Source: Mobula hypostoma
Taxonomy: Eukaryota
Assembly: GCF_963921235.1 (NCBI RefSeq)
Contig: NC_086097.1
Coordinates: 78,432,001-78,496,000 of the forward strand
DNA: 64,000 nucleotides
Direction: 5' to 3'
The first letter of the stretch is position 1; every line of letters begins with the position of its first letter. Shown here piece after piece: positions 12,514 through 24,951 of this stretch. The position numbers and the translations under genes are program-made. Below the pieces are notes generated by a model. That model saw nothing but the letters and a program-made list of their open reading frames with translations. It ran no database searches and was not told where the DNA came from.

Positions 12514-13059
12514 GTCAAGACAGGTGCAACCAAAATAGAAAATCTGAAGGAATGGGGTGGAGTCAGTTCAAGATGAGGTATTAAGAGGATATTAATGTAC
12601 ATAAATATCAGATAGGGATATGATAGCTACTGAGTAATTCCCTTTGAGTCTGAAAAGAGAGATTTTTAAAAGCAGGGTAAAACATTGAAGAAAAACTGGA
12701 GTGCACAACCTTCTTTGTGTGATTATCGTTATTAGATTTGCCTCAGGAAAAATAATTGTCAGACACTACAACATTAAATTCAAGCAATGCAAAATCTAAT
12801 TATTTCTAGTGTATTCAGTAGATTTCAACAAAATCAGTTAAAATAAGTAGAAATTTAAATAAACCACAGAATCAACAATTGTAAGCTGCCTGCTGCAGTT
12901 TTAGATTGTGTGTTGTATGTCCTTGGTGATGTAGAAGTAAAATGTAGTTTTTTCAATGCCCCCATGCCTTCTCTTCCAGAAGTACACTTCCTTTGCATTA
13001 TTCCTGACCAAAGATCTAAATATTATTCTAGCTGGATGTATAAATATGATTAATATGAT

Positions 13060-13930
13060 GTATAAATTTATCAATGACACAACTATTGTTGGCTAAAGTT
13101 CAGATGGTGACAAGGAGGTGTACAGGAGCGAGATAAATCAGCTGATTGAGGGGTGTCACAACAACCTCGCACACAATGTCAGTAAGACCAGGGAATGATT
13201 ACGGACTTCAGGAAGGGGAAGTCGAGGGAACACACACCAGTCCTCATCAAGGGATCAGCAGTAGAAAGGGTGAGCAGTTTCAAGATCCCAGGTGTCAACA
13301 TCTCTGAAGATCTATCCTGGGCCCAACATATTGATGAAATTACAAAGAAAGCACGGCAGCAGTTATATTCCATTAGGAGTTTGAGGACACTTGGTGTGTC
13401 ACCAAAAAACTCACAAATTTCTACAGATGTACAATGGAGAGCATTCTAACTGGTTGCATCAATATCTGGTATAGAGGAACTACTGCGCAAGATCAGAAAA
13501 AGCTGCAGAAAATTGTAAACTCAAGCTGCTCCATCATGGGCACTAGCCTCCCCAACATCCAGGACATCTTCAAAAGGTGATGCCTCAAAAAGGCAGTATC
13601 CATCATTAAGGACCTCTATCAGCAGGTCATGCTTGCTTCTCATGGCTACCATCAAGGAGGAGGTACAGGAGCCTGAAAGCACACACTCAGTGTTTCAGGA
13701 ACCGTTTCTTCCCCTCCACCATCAGATTTCTGAATGGAGAATGAACTGATGAACACTACCTCAGTATTTTTCCCTCTCTTTTTGCACTACTCATTTAATT
13801 TAATTTTCTTTTTTAAAATATATACTTCTTACTGTAATTTATAGCTTTTATTATAATGTATTCCAATGTATTACAGCCCCAATACAACAAATTTCACAAA
13901 AATGCCAGTGATGTTAAACCTGATTCTGAT
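13060..13930 (+). mobile_element. Rex1/Babar LINE 3' fragment
   Basis: KFINDTTIVG (decayed FADD), then ITDFRKGK..HTPVLIKGSAVERVSSFK..GVNISEDLSW. Ends AAACCTGATTCTGAT. Confidence 0.85.
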
Positions 13931-15318
13931 AACCATTATTCCACTGATTAAAATCAACTCAACCAATACACTTCTGTAAAAATGGTTTTTTTCTTGACCA
14001 GTATGTTGCAACAAAGAATAATCATCTTGCATTTTGGCCTTCCCGTGGAGTCTAATTAGTCAATTTTCAGCTGTGATCAAATTGATCAGATTGGAATACT
14101 ACTACTTTAACATGTGTCTATTACTGATAAAAACCCTATTTAAGAAAAATGAACTATTTTCATGATGATGTCAGGCAGAATATTATTTATGGATGAGAAT
14201 GCCTCACATATTACAGATGTGTTGAACAATACCAGCCAAAATACAGAACACTTTCTGAATAATACAAGATTGCATACAAATATATCTAGAACCCAACATA
14301 ACCTCCCATTACTATGAATTTAATATAAGTTGGGTTTGCTCTGTACACTATAATGCAAATTCATTGCAGTGGGTGCAATCAATGGTTTCGGACCAATATT
14401 AGTGAGACCGATATTATGAGAGTTAAGCATTTACACATTCACTCTCACTATCCATGAAAAAAGATAGTTTTGATTTCAAGTCATAAGCTGATGTACTAAG
14501 AATGACTGAAGATAGAAGATATTTTAGTGTATTTGAATAATATGAATTAACATGATGAATTCTGAATACAATGGAGTAAGGAACATTGAATTGAACATTA
14601 AATACAAGAAAGTCTGCTAATGGTGTAAATCCAAAGCAACACACACAAAATGCTGGAGGAACTCAGCAGGTCATAGATCATCTATGAAAATGAACAAACA
14701 GTTAACATTTCAGGCCAAGATCCTTCTTCAGGACTGAGAAGAAAGGGGAAGATGTCAGAATAAAAAGATGGGGGGAGGGGAAAGAGGTTAGCTGGAAGGT
14801 AATAGGTGAAGCCAAGTGGGTGGGAAAGGTCAAGGGATGGAGAAGAGGAGAGTGTACCATAGGAGAAAGTGAAGGAGGAGGGGAACCTGGGGGATGTAAT
14901 AGGCTGGTGAGAAGAGGTGAAAAGTCAGAGTGGGGAATAAAGTTGCAGGGGGTGGATTTGGTTACCAGAAGGAGAAATCGATATTCATGCTGTCAGGTTG
15001 GAGAGTGCGGTTATTTGGGAAATGGAGGAGATGCAGGTGAGGGCAACATCAGTGGTGGAGGGAGGGAAACCCCATTCTTTAAAGGAGGAGGACATCTCTG
15101 ATGCTCTGAAATGGAAAGTCGCATCCTAGGAACAGATGTGGCAGAGGCAAAGAAATTGAGAAAAGGGAATAGCATTTTTACAGGAGATAGGGTAGGAAGA
15201 GGTATCGTCGAGCTAACCATGTGAATCAGTAGGCTTGTAAAAGGTGTTGGTTGATAGAGATGAAGACAGAGAGATCAAGAAAGGGAAGGGTGGTATAAGA
15301 AATGGTCCAAGTGAATTT

Positions 15319-15454
15319 AAGCAACACACATCAAAGTTGCTGGTGAACGCAGCAGGCCAGGCAGCATCTCTAGGAAGAGGTACAGTCGACGTTTCAGGCC
15401 GAGACCCTTCATCAGGACTAACTGAAGGAAGAGTTAGTAAGAGATTTGAAAGTG
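15319..15454 (-). mobile_element. Young PLE 3' terminal fragment nested in older PLE
   Basis: Near-identical to 1652-1787 and 44323-44458. Confidence 0.9.
15384..15419 (-). ncRNA. Intact minimal type I hammerhead ribozyme motif
   Basis: Reads AGTC-CTGATGA-AGG-GTCTCGG-CCT-GAAA-CG-TC-GACT: full CUGAUGA/GAAA core, GUC cleavage triplet, paired stems I and II, palindromic ACGU stem III. Confidence 0.8.
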
Positions 15455-16859
15455 AGAAAGTTAAGGGCAGGGTGCAAGTTAGAGGTAAAATTGATGAGCT
15501 CAGCGTGGATGTGCGAAACTATTTTTAATTTATGAAAATATCAGTAGATAGGATTAAGGATTACAAACTATTCCATCATCGGTTACAAAAATGATTAATG
15601 GCTCGTATAACTATCTTAACGTACAGAACATTTGCTAAAAACATGCAGATTTTATATTTTTTTAAAAAAGAACCAGTATTATGTTCAAGAATAAAGGAAA
15701 TCAGAATCCACCTAAAGGCTTACTGCATTTGAAATATAATATTGTCAAGTGAATCAACTGACAGATTCTTCCTAGCAAGACAATTATTAAGAGGTGTTTC
15801 TAAAATTAATGATAAAAGTCAGTTGTTCAGTTATAATGACAACCCATGCTAGTAAATCAGTGTTCAATATTTTCCATATATGAATGCTATACACCTCACA
15901 GAAAAATTCATGCTTCAATGATACAAACATCTGTTGGTGTTTGACCTAAATTAAAAATGTACAGATGTGTCTTTTACACTCTAAACTGCCACAAGCGACA
16001 TGTAATTCTGATGAAGTGACTCTTTGGTTCTAAAGGAAGTACATTACCTTTGAATCAGATTGTTACAAGTTCAGATAGCAAACCAGAGCTGAAGCTACAT
16101 TGTCACAGGTACTATCTTGAGATTAAATAACAAATTAAAAATCCCACCTGTTTTTAGAATACTCATCACTTGAGAATTAAGTTCTCGCTTTTTCTTGGTC
16201 AGGTGATGCTCCCAAGGAAAAAATGTTATCCATCACACTCCACGCTTTACTCATGGAAGGATAGTTATAAAAGCAATGGTCATGATGGGTTGAATGTCAT
16301 TCTTACATCTCCGCTATATATAAATTTTGAAAATATCCATGATCCTTATGATTGCCATTATTTCCTTTTATTACTGAATCTCAAAACGGCCCAATCAACC
16401 CAAAACATATGGATATAGTGTTAAAAAAGTTAAAATTCACCAAGCTGAATGGTGCATTTGTTTTCCAATCTGCTTACAAAGCAATTACTTTATTTTTGAA
16501 AATATGAAATGACTACAGTGCTTTACAGTTGAATTATTTTCCTGTTAGCTGTTAACTTGGTGGTTTTCGGCAAAGTGTGAGTATTTCTCCAATGAAGAAG
16601 CTTTATAAATCTAAAATTAGAAACCCTTGGTACAAACATATGAAGCCACTCTTGACCCAGCTAGTTGCTGGAGGATTTCTCCTTGCCAGCATACACTCCA
16701 GGGCAGAAGGAAATGTTTTCAAATAATCACTTAGTAAACTACTGTTTTGGGAATAATTGAGCCAACTCTTAAGGAATGTAACTGTTGCCTGAAGGGTGTT
16801 ACTGTTCATTCTATATATATATATATATATACAAACGTTTGTACTACAGGGAGTAAGCT

Positions 16860-18385
16860 TTCAACTTGGTGGTTTAGTTCTGTGGACAAGTCTGGCCTAC
16901 CTGGGAAGTTTAAAGCCTGGGTGTATCAGCATGGCATTCTTCCCAGAATCCTGTGGCCCCTCCTTGTCTATGCAGTTCCGATCTCGACAGTCGAAACCTT
17001 AGAGAGGAGGGGTTAGCAACCACCTCAGGAGATGGCTGGGGCTGCCAAAGAGCCTGAGCAGCATCGCACTCTATGGACACCACAACAAACTGCAACTGCC
17101 CTTCAAATCCTTGGAGGAAGAATTCAAGGTAACAAGAGCCAGAGAAGTGCTACAGTATAGGGACTCAAGTCACCCGAAGGTGGCTAGAGCAGGGATCCAA
17201 GTAAGTACTAGCAGGAAGTGGAGGACAGAGGAAGCTGTTCAGGAGGCAGAGGTGAGGCTACGTCACAGGAGGCTGGTGGGAGTGGTCACACGAGGCCGAG
17301 CTGGGCTAGGATCCTTTCCAACTCCCCAAATGGACACCAGAGGGAAGGAAAGGTGTCATCTAGGTCAGGAGGAAGTGACAGCAGTAGTGGAGGAGATGAG
17401 AGCCTGCAAGGCAGTGAGGATGAAGCAACAGGGAGCTTGGACAAGATGGGAGAATGTGGTTGAGAGGAAAGTGACCTGGGCTGATCTTTGGAAAGCCGAA
17501 CCACACCGCATCCAATTTCTCACCCAGGCAGTGTACAATGTGCTTCCAAGCCCATCAAACCTGCACACATGGGGCAAGATAGAGTCATCTGTGTGCCCAC
17601 TGCGCTCCAAGCGAGGAACCCTGGAGCACATCCTCAGCGGCTGTGCAAGGGCACTTGGTGAGGGATGGTACAGGTGGAGGCATGATCAGGTCCTGAAGAC
17701 CATCGCTGAAGCCGTCAACGTGGGAGTTGAGTGGGCGAAGCGGTCCCAACCCTCCAAGCAGACCACTGCCTTTGTCAGAGCTGGGGAGCAACCAATACCT
17801 GCCAAAAGAACATCTGCAGGCATTCTGACCTCTGCAAGGGACTGGCAGCTGTTGGTGGACCTCGAAGGGCAGCTGAAGTTCCCCAACCATATCGTAGCCA
17901 CCACCCTGCAACCAGACATTGTCCTCGTGTCTGAGTCGACTAAGCAACTGGTGCTGCTGGAGCTGACAGACCCATGGGAAGAGAGCTTGGAAGAGGCCTT
18001 TGAAAGGAAGCTCTCCAAGTACGCAGGACTGGTCAGCAATTGTCAGCAGGCTGGATGGAGAGCGAGGTGTCTCCCAGTGGAGGTTGGCTGTAGGGGATTC
18101 GTAGCCCATTCTTTAGTTAGAGCCTTCAGCATTTTGGGCATCAAGGGAGAGAGGAAGAGGAGAGCCATCCGCAGTACCACCGATGTGGCAGAGAGGGCCT
18201 CAAGGTGGCTGTGACTCAAAAGAGGGGAGCCATGGAGTCATAAGTAGCTAGCCATCTGGACACAAGCTGGGGTCTGATCAGCCCCGGCTGGGTCACCTGG
18301 AGGAGGTTGTATGATGTTGAAAGACCCGAAACACCCGATGATTCCAGGAACATGACTGAAGATGTGTCCAGAAGCATCAATAGAT
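16860..18385 (+). mobile_element. 5'-truncated Hero-like non-LTR retrotransposon with restriction-like endonuclease (RLE)
   Basis: ORF 17111..18214 has a zinc knuckle CPL(R)SKRGTLEHILSGC, RHD (WRHDQVL), PD..E (LQPDIVL...LLELTDPWEE) and K..KY motifs. RT thumb remnant LPGKFKAWVYQHGILPRILWPL upstream, with a frameshift near 17013. Confidence 0.85.
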
Positions 18386-19706
18386 GTATGTACACAGCTT
18401 CTGCAATAGATATTCAGCTCAAAATTCTGGTTGGTAGTGTTCCCATGGACGGCTGCCTCGTGCATATGTTGCAAATGGTTGATGACTCCTCTGGTGTGTT
18501 GGGGTTATCCGTTCTTTTGGACCTTCCTAATCCGGTAGCAAAAGGATTGCAGCTGCTGTTGTACAATGTCACCATCCTTGTGTCAGTCATAGCTAATCAG
18601 TCCCACCCCATCCCAACTTTTGTCTTCAGTAGTCACTGCCATCAACCAAACAAAGAGACACTGCTATCATCTCCATTCAATCAACTTTCTCAGCCTCCTT
18701 TTAGCACTTACATGAGTACCATTTCTAGAACTTAAAATATTCACTTTTACATTCTTCTTTGATGCTGAACTGTTTGAGTCTTGCCTATTGACTCCCGAGT
18801 AACACTGTAGGTTCAAGTCACAAAATAATCATCTATAAATACAAGGAAACAAAAATCTACTTAACCAATTTCCCTATCCTCTAGTTACTACATTGACACA
18901 TCAGCTTGCAGCTGCATGTACTTCCCTGGAAATAGGGAGTAAATCCATGACTTCCTGATAGTTGTCCCGAAGGCTAATATCTTAATTTAAGCACATTTTC
19001 CAAAAACCTGCAGTAAAATTTCAGCCAAAGACAACGAAGTTCAAGTCTGATCTGTTCCCACTGCAAGAATATATATAAAAAAAACTAATTAAAGACAATA
19101 GCAGGGCACACAACTCGTACAATCTATCCCTCTACTGGCTTTCATAAAAGAAAGTCCAGCATGGATCTAATTGAAATTGAAACAACATTTTAGGGTTCAA
19201 TTAACACCAAATAACTCATTGAAAGCTAACGACAGCAGATGTTACATCCCATTCCTTCAAGTTTTAATTACCGAAATTTTGGAAAGTTGATTTTCAACTT
19301 CCTTTTTTAATTGTTCTTCAATTTTCTATTCTATTATTAAAATATATATAACTTCCTTTATATTCTTGGGCATGTTTAAATATTTTTCCAATTTGATGTT
19401 AAAATCAAAATCACTGATTCGTACTTTATCCCCTGTCCTTGCAATGCTTATTTTAAAATCTGTCGGTCTGATTGGTTAAAAAAGATATATGTCAAAGAAC
19501 TCAACTCATACCACTGTGATTTTAAACATGAGCAATTGAAGATCATTACTTTGGAAAGGAAATTGCACAAACACACTTAATCTTTGAGAAAGATGCAGTC
19601 ATGGAACTTTGTCCTAGTTCTTCCAGTATACACAGCCATTACTCTGCCTGTGCAGATACTCCGTCATACTTTGCCTTTTTGAGTGATGCCAGACGAAAAA
19701 GCTTAC

Positions 19707-19779
19707 CTTTTCTGCTTCAGAAGTGTCATCGACCTCCCACAAAGGTACAGGTTTCCACTGCATTCCATTCACTACAGCA
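19707..19779 (-). CDS. Candidate upstream exon of the same host gene (xAVVNGMQWKPVPLWEVDDTSEAEK)
   Basis: Acceptor tcttttaaattgtag and donor AAG|GTAAGC, 73 nt. It ends in phase 0, compatible with exon 10407-10547. No homology recognised. Confidence 0.5.
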
Positions 19780-20394
19780 CTACAATTTAAAAGATAATTC
19801 AAACAATTGACACTTTATTCTGTTGACTGCCACAGAACATTCTGGAGACTGCCAACTGATTCCTGGATCTCCTGCCATTCACCACCTTTGGATGAAATTT
19901 CTGTACATGTTATCATTTTACATTAAGCGCTTCTGAGGTGGTTGTTCTGGGAATGCTGCATGTTGTTTATGAGAGGCAGGCCAGATGAACACAGGGACCC
20001 TGAAGACAGAGGTTTGAAGAACCCATGTCTGCCATGTCCCCAAAATTCTTCAAAGAGATCTGTTCTTAACTTCAGCGTTCCAAAGAGATTCATCTTTCCT
20101 AAAGCACTGGTGGTAAAAATCTGTGACCATCTGCAGGCCGAGGTACAGTCTGTCCACAGGGGGTCAAACTCATGGTCACCTGCATTTCCTAGTATGCAAA
20201 TTATTCTACTCAACTGCAGCTGATCTATGCTACAATTCACAATATGCGGCATGCTGCAATATCAGTGAAATCACTAAAGCACTCATGGAAAACGTAAATC
20301 ATTTACATTTACTCGAATAAGTGATTCATGTTAAATGGGCTTTGCAGGCTTCCAACAGTATTAGGGAGGAATTCAAAGGCACAACACGCATGGT

Positions 20395-20490
20395 CCTACC
20401 TGCATAAAACTCCAAGAAAAATGCAACAAGCAGCACCAGTCACTGTATAGGGCCTTTTTCAACCTTGATTAGGCAAAGCCTTAGATTCAC
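20395..20490 (+). mobile_element. Ancient RTE-type RT remnant
   Basis: Translates as LQEKCNKQHQSLYRAFFNL, matching the RTE motif LQEKC.EQ...LY.AF.DL.KAFD. Confidence 0.5.
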
Positions 20491-21929
20491 CAAACCCATC
20501 GTTGTCTTACCGCTATATTACAACAAAGTCTGCACATGGGTCGTCATGTCACTTAATTAGCTTTCATGCTACACTATTAAGTCTAAAGAATGTGCTCTCT
20601 GAGGGATCAGGTAAAGGTAAATGTTTGCACTATTCAGCAACCATAGAAAATAAATATTGATTACAGAGCAACACAGAATTTAACAGAGCAGGAGCCAAAA
20701 ATTTGACCACCAGCGCTGCAAGCAATATGGCAAACCACTCATGCATTCATTTATTCTTCTTTGGAGCTGACTCCCCAAATGTAGGACAGTGATCCCAATG
20801 TAACAGTCTTTAAGGTAAAGGTCTCCAGATGGAACCCAGTTGAGGAACTAATTACCTGTGCTATATAAAATGTAGAGTTTGAACTGGTCAGAAAATTGCT
20901 CAACATAAATTGGTTAATCAAATTGGTTTATAATTGTCACATGTACACTGAAAAATTTGTTCTAACAGATCATTTCATTATAACAGTGCATCAATATGGT
21001 ACAAGGGAAAACAATAACATAATGCAGAACAAAGTATTACAGTTACAGAGAAAGTGCAGTGCAAGAAGGCAATAAGGTACGCAAATGCAACATGTAGAAT
21101 TCTGAACACTTGCCATCTTCCCAAGAGTCATGGATACTCACCTCACTTTAACAATGTGTTTGTCTCCGAATAAACATGTACTTAATTGACACCGTATGAA
21201 TTTAAACAAAAGGTTGACAAATGGATCAAATATAAGGGAAGATCAGGCAACATTTGTTTCCTTCTGAATGATGGAGGAATCTGCCATTGATAGACATGTA
21301 GGTTCCAATTTCAACAAATGGTAATGGTAAAGCTCTAGGCTACTAATTACCATCCACCTTTCTATCAAATTACTCACATTACTTCTGAAACCATCTTATT
21401 TCTTTGCCACCTTTGCATACACTGGAACATAGGAACATACATTGTATACTTTGGATACATTGGAACATAGGAGAATCTTCAAGATCTGTCAACTTTCAAG
21501 CATGTTTAGTAAATTAAATAGAAAAAGTTCACACACAAAGATCATTACATATGCATTCATATTTCAGAAGTTTCCATGGGCATTTTCCCTGCATTTGTAA
21601 GTGAAATCCTGAGAATCATTGTTTTAAATAATATAGCTTCGAGAATTACCTTGTCAAAACAATTGCCACAAAGAAAACTTGACACTTATATACTGTATGA
21701 GAACTAACATCGTGACAATCTTGTATGTGAGTTTGCTGGCATCATAGTTTGTCATTCTATTTGGTATCTAATGCATTACATTTACATAATATGTGATGGA
21801 ATTTCTTTAAGTACTGCTATCAGCTATGGGATAATTCACACTTGCGGTCCATTGTGCTGACACATCTTAGTCACTGTCATATTGTATACTAATGGGTCTT
21901 TCAGTTCAGCAGATCCTCGCCAACTATCA

Positions 21930-22175
21930 ACAAAGTTCAAAATTCAAAGTAAATTTATTATCAAAGTACATATATGTCACTATACACAATGCTGAGATTC
22001 ATTATCTTGCAGGTATCCACAGTAAATACAAAGAAACACAATAAGTACAATGAAAGATCACACATAACAAGATGGACAAGCTACCAGTGTGCAAAAGACA
22101 ACAAAATGTGCAAATATAAAAAGAGAAATATGAAATAATAATAATAGTAATAATAAATAAACCATAAATACTGTT
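21930..22175 (-). mobile_element. Rex/Babar-type LINE 3' tail fragment
   Basis: AAGTTCAAAATTCAAAGTAAATTTATT tail. Its end resembles window positions 1-60 (AGACAACAAA.TGTGCAAATA). Confidence 0.6.
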
Positions 22176-23535
22176 TGGGAAAGACTCTCAAAGATTTTGT
22201 GGGGACACTTTCATCTACAACTGTTTAGATACAAGTTCATTACAACCACGGTGTATACGTTCAAATCCTCTGATGAGTCCTTGGACACAGCCCAGTCCAC
22301 TGCTGAAACGCACATCGACACTAATCCCACATGCCCATCAATTCTCCCCAAATTCTACCACTCATCTGCATACTTGATTTACAGTGGCCAATTAACCTAC
22401 TAACCCCACTTACCTTTGAGATGTGGAAAGAAACTGGAACACCCATAGAACATGGGAAACTTCACACAGACAGTACCAGAGGTCACAACTGAACCCCAGT
22501 CACTGGAGGTGTAAAGCAGCGTTTCTGATAACTGTGCCCTTGTGCCATCCAGTACTCCCCAGCTCGTTTCTCGGTGCCTTCCAAATACAAAAGATGCTTT
22601 CTATACTGTGTCTCATACACAGGATGATGAGATCTGCATTAGACAGAAGTATTTACACAGAAGTATATATACAGGACCTCAACCTTAGTATAGAGAACCC
22701 TCCAAAGGCTTATGCTTTAAATTTCATCACTATATGCAGAAAGTGTCTAAAGTGCCTTAATAATTGTGGGAATGGCACAGATAACCAAAAAGGACCAAAT
22801 GCACATTTACATTTACATGTAGACTGCACCAATATGAATTGGCACAGACTAACTTTACTCCAGGATTATTCATCCTACTTAAGAACAATACATTTTGTTG
22901 ATCCCATGTCCCAGATGATCCCATGATCACAGGATCACATGTCCCTGTGCAACATTATCACTCTGCACTTTCAGCAACCTGCTCTGCAAATTATTTTAAA
23001 GCTTGAACATCTAAAGATAAACCATCATTAGATACTCAGCTACAGTAAATTATGACTCAGTATTTTCTTTAGGCCTCACGTTCATTGTTCAATATTTCAA
23101 GAGCAATTTCTTACAGTTACAGAATCATAGAGCATGGAAGCATACCCTTTGCCTCAACATATCCCTGCTGACTATGTTGCCTAACAAGCTAACCCCATCT
23201 GCCCAATTTGACCCTTGGCCATCAAAATTTCTCCTATCCATTGCTGGACTCTGACATTTTTAATTCAAGGTTCTTTCAGAACTCAGGCAAGAGGCACAAA
23301 ATTTGTTACTTCACAATTGTTTTGTTAGGCGTTAATAGAGCAAAGCAAATTGAAAACAGACAATGATAGAGATCTAGTCATTAAAGAGAGGGAGAGGCAA
23401 AAGATGTCGCCGCTGCACAGTCAGCTCTTTTTATATGCATAGATAGGAAATACTCCATTCAGATTAGTAGATCAATCCGTCAATCAGGAAGCCCCTATTC
23501 AAATAATGCAGCATCCAGAGATTTCCAGAATTATA

Positions 23536-23863
23536 CGAGGGGTGATTGATAATTTCGTGGCCTAAGGTAGAAGGAGATGAGTTATACAGCTCTCATTACA
23601 TGTTCATGCAGTTCAACTCTTTGAGTGATTATGCAGAAAGTTTGAAGTTAATAACTCATCTCCTTCTACCTTAGGCCACGAACTTATCAATCACCCCTGC
23701 TGTGGACCACTTTCTGGAGGTCCAAGACGCCGACTTCTACAAAGAAGGGATCCGTATGCTCCATGACCGCCGGACTAAATGTGTAAATGTAGGAGGGGAC
23801 TATGTTGAGAATAAGTGTGCTAGGTTTTCTAAAATTGACACCTTCTACCTTAGGCCACAAACT
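23536..23863 (+). mobile_element. Rearranged mariner (Tc1/mariner) derivative
   Basis: TA followed by TIR CGAGGGGTGATTGATAA. Transposase C-terminus FYKEGIRMLHDRRTKCVNVGGDYVE (ORF 23702..23899). Internal inverted TIR copy at 23651-23698 and a truncated right TIR at about 23841-23863. Confidence 0.85.
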
Positions 23864-24313
23864 AGAAGGAGTCAGCCTCGCCTGCTACCTTTCGCCTGAA
23901 GCCTCGCCTGCATCCTCACCTATTCTCGCCATCAAGTTCTACCGCCGGAACAAGACTGGAGGATTGGTATGTCTAGGTAAGGAACTGTCTTTCATTGTTT
24001 GGATCTGTCTCTGTGTCCACGCCTTCGCTAGGTAGGTCCAGCCTGAGTCAAGACCCAGGTTCCAGGTCCCTGTCCAGTCTCTGGCTCGGGGTCCTTGTCC
24101 AGGTTCCAAGTTCCTAGTTCCTCGTCCAGGTCTCACTTTCTTAGTCTAGTCCTAGCCCAGGCCCTGTATCCTAGTCTCGTCCAGGGCCTGTGTTTTGTCC
24201 AGTGTCGTTTCTTCCCCACTTCTCTTGCTTTCTTGACACACCTAGTCCTGTTCCTAGTACTTCAGTGTCTGTGTCTTGCATTTGGGTCTGCCACCAGTGC
24301 TCCCGCTATGACA
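23864..24313. mobile_element. Probable partial LTR
   Basis: Low-complexity GTCC/CTAGT-rich segment ending ...GCATTTGGGTC...TATGACA, resembling fish Gypsy LTR ends. No TSD identified. Confidence 0.45.
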
Positions 24314-24723
24314 CTTGCCTTTGATCCTAAATCTATGCCCTCTTACTTTGAGCACCACTCCATGTCTCTGCTTTCACCCTGTTTAAGCCCCATATATTCT
24401 TACTGTATATATCTCTATCAGTTCATCGCTCAGTCTGCTCAGTTTCAGGGAATGAAGCCCTAGTCTACACAACCTCTCCATATAATTTTGGCCCTCAAGT
24501 CCAGGCAATATCTTGGTAAATCATTTCTGCACTCTCTAAGTTTAATAACATTGTTCCTATAAGAGAGTGACCAAAATAATTTGACCATTTAATGTCCTTA
24601 ATCATGTCCTTAATAGTATTTCTACTATTATTAATAATTCATAATAAAAACTTTCTAGGTAATCCTGTGAAATATATACCAATCCTCTTAATACATTTCA
24701 ACTTTCTCTTCTGCAGATTATAT

Positions 24724-24951
24724 AAGCAACACACATCAAAGTTGCTGGCGAACGCAGCAGGCCAGGCAGCATCTCTAGGAAGAGGTACAGTTGACATTTC
24801 AGGCCGAGACCCTTCATCAGGACTAACTCTGTTAGCCTTGGCCTGAAACGTCAACTGTACCTCTTCCTAGAGATGCTGCCTGGCCTGCTGCGTTCACCAG
24901 CAACTTTGATGTGTGTTGCTTGAATTTCCAGCATCTGCAGAATTCCTGTTG
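24724..24951. mobile_element. Short head-to-head PLE insertion forming a hairpin of about 80 bp
   Basis: Arms 24724-24805 and 24840-24921 are reverse complements. TSD TCTGCAGATTATATA at 24710-24724 and 24952-24966. Hammerhead core on the minus strand at 24789-24824. Confidence 0.92.

Larger units (their letters stand above)
14633..15510 (-). mobile_element. Older PLE fragment (second family), interrupted by a younger PLE end
   Basis: Begins AAGCAACACACACAAAATGCTGGAGGAACTCAGC. Degenerate hammerhead AGTC-CTGAAGA-AGG..CCT-GAAA at 14700-14735. RT-like remnant (IPFSQFL) near 15150. Confidence 0.75.

Noticed and set aside
10855..12576. 573-aa Gly-X-Y-like ORF (GMEGDT)n suggesting a collagen-like gene
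   Set aside because: It is a direct consequence of a stop-free 18-bp repeat. It has no Pro, signal peptide or flanking domains, and is antisense to the host gene.
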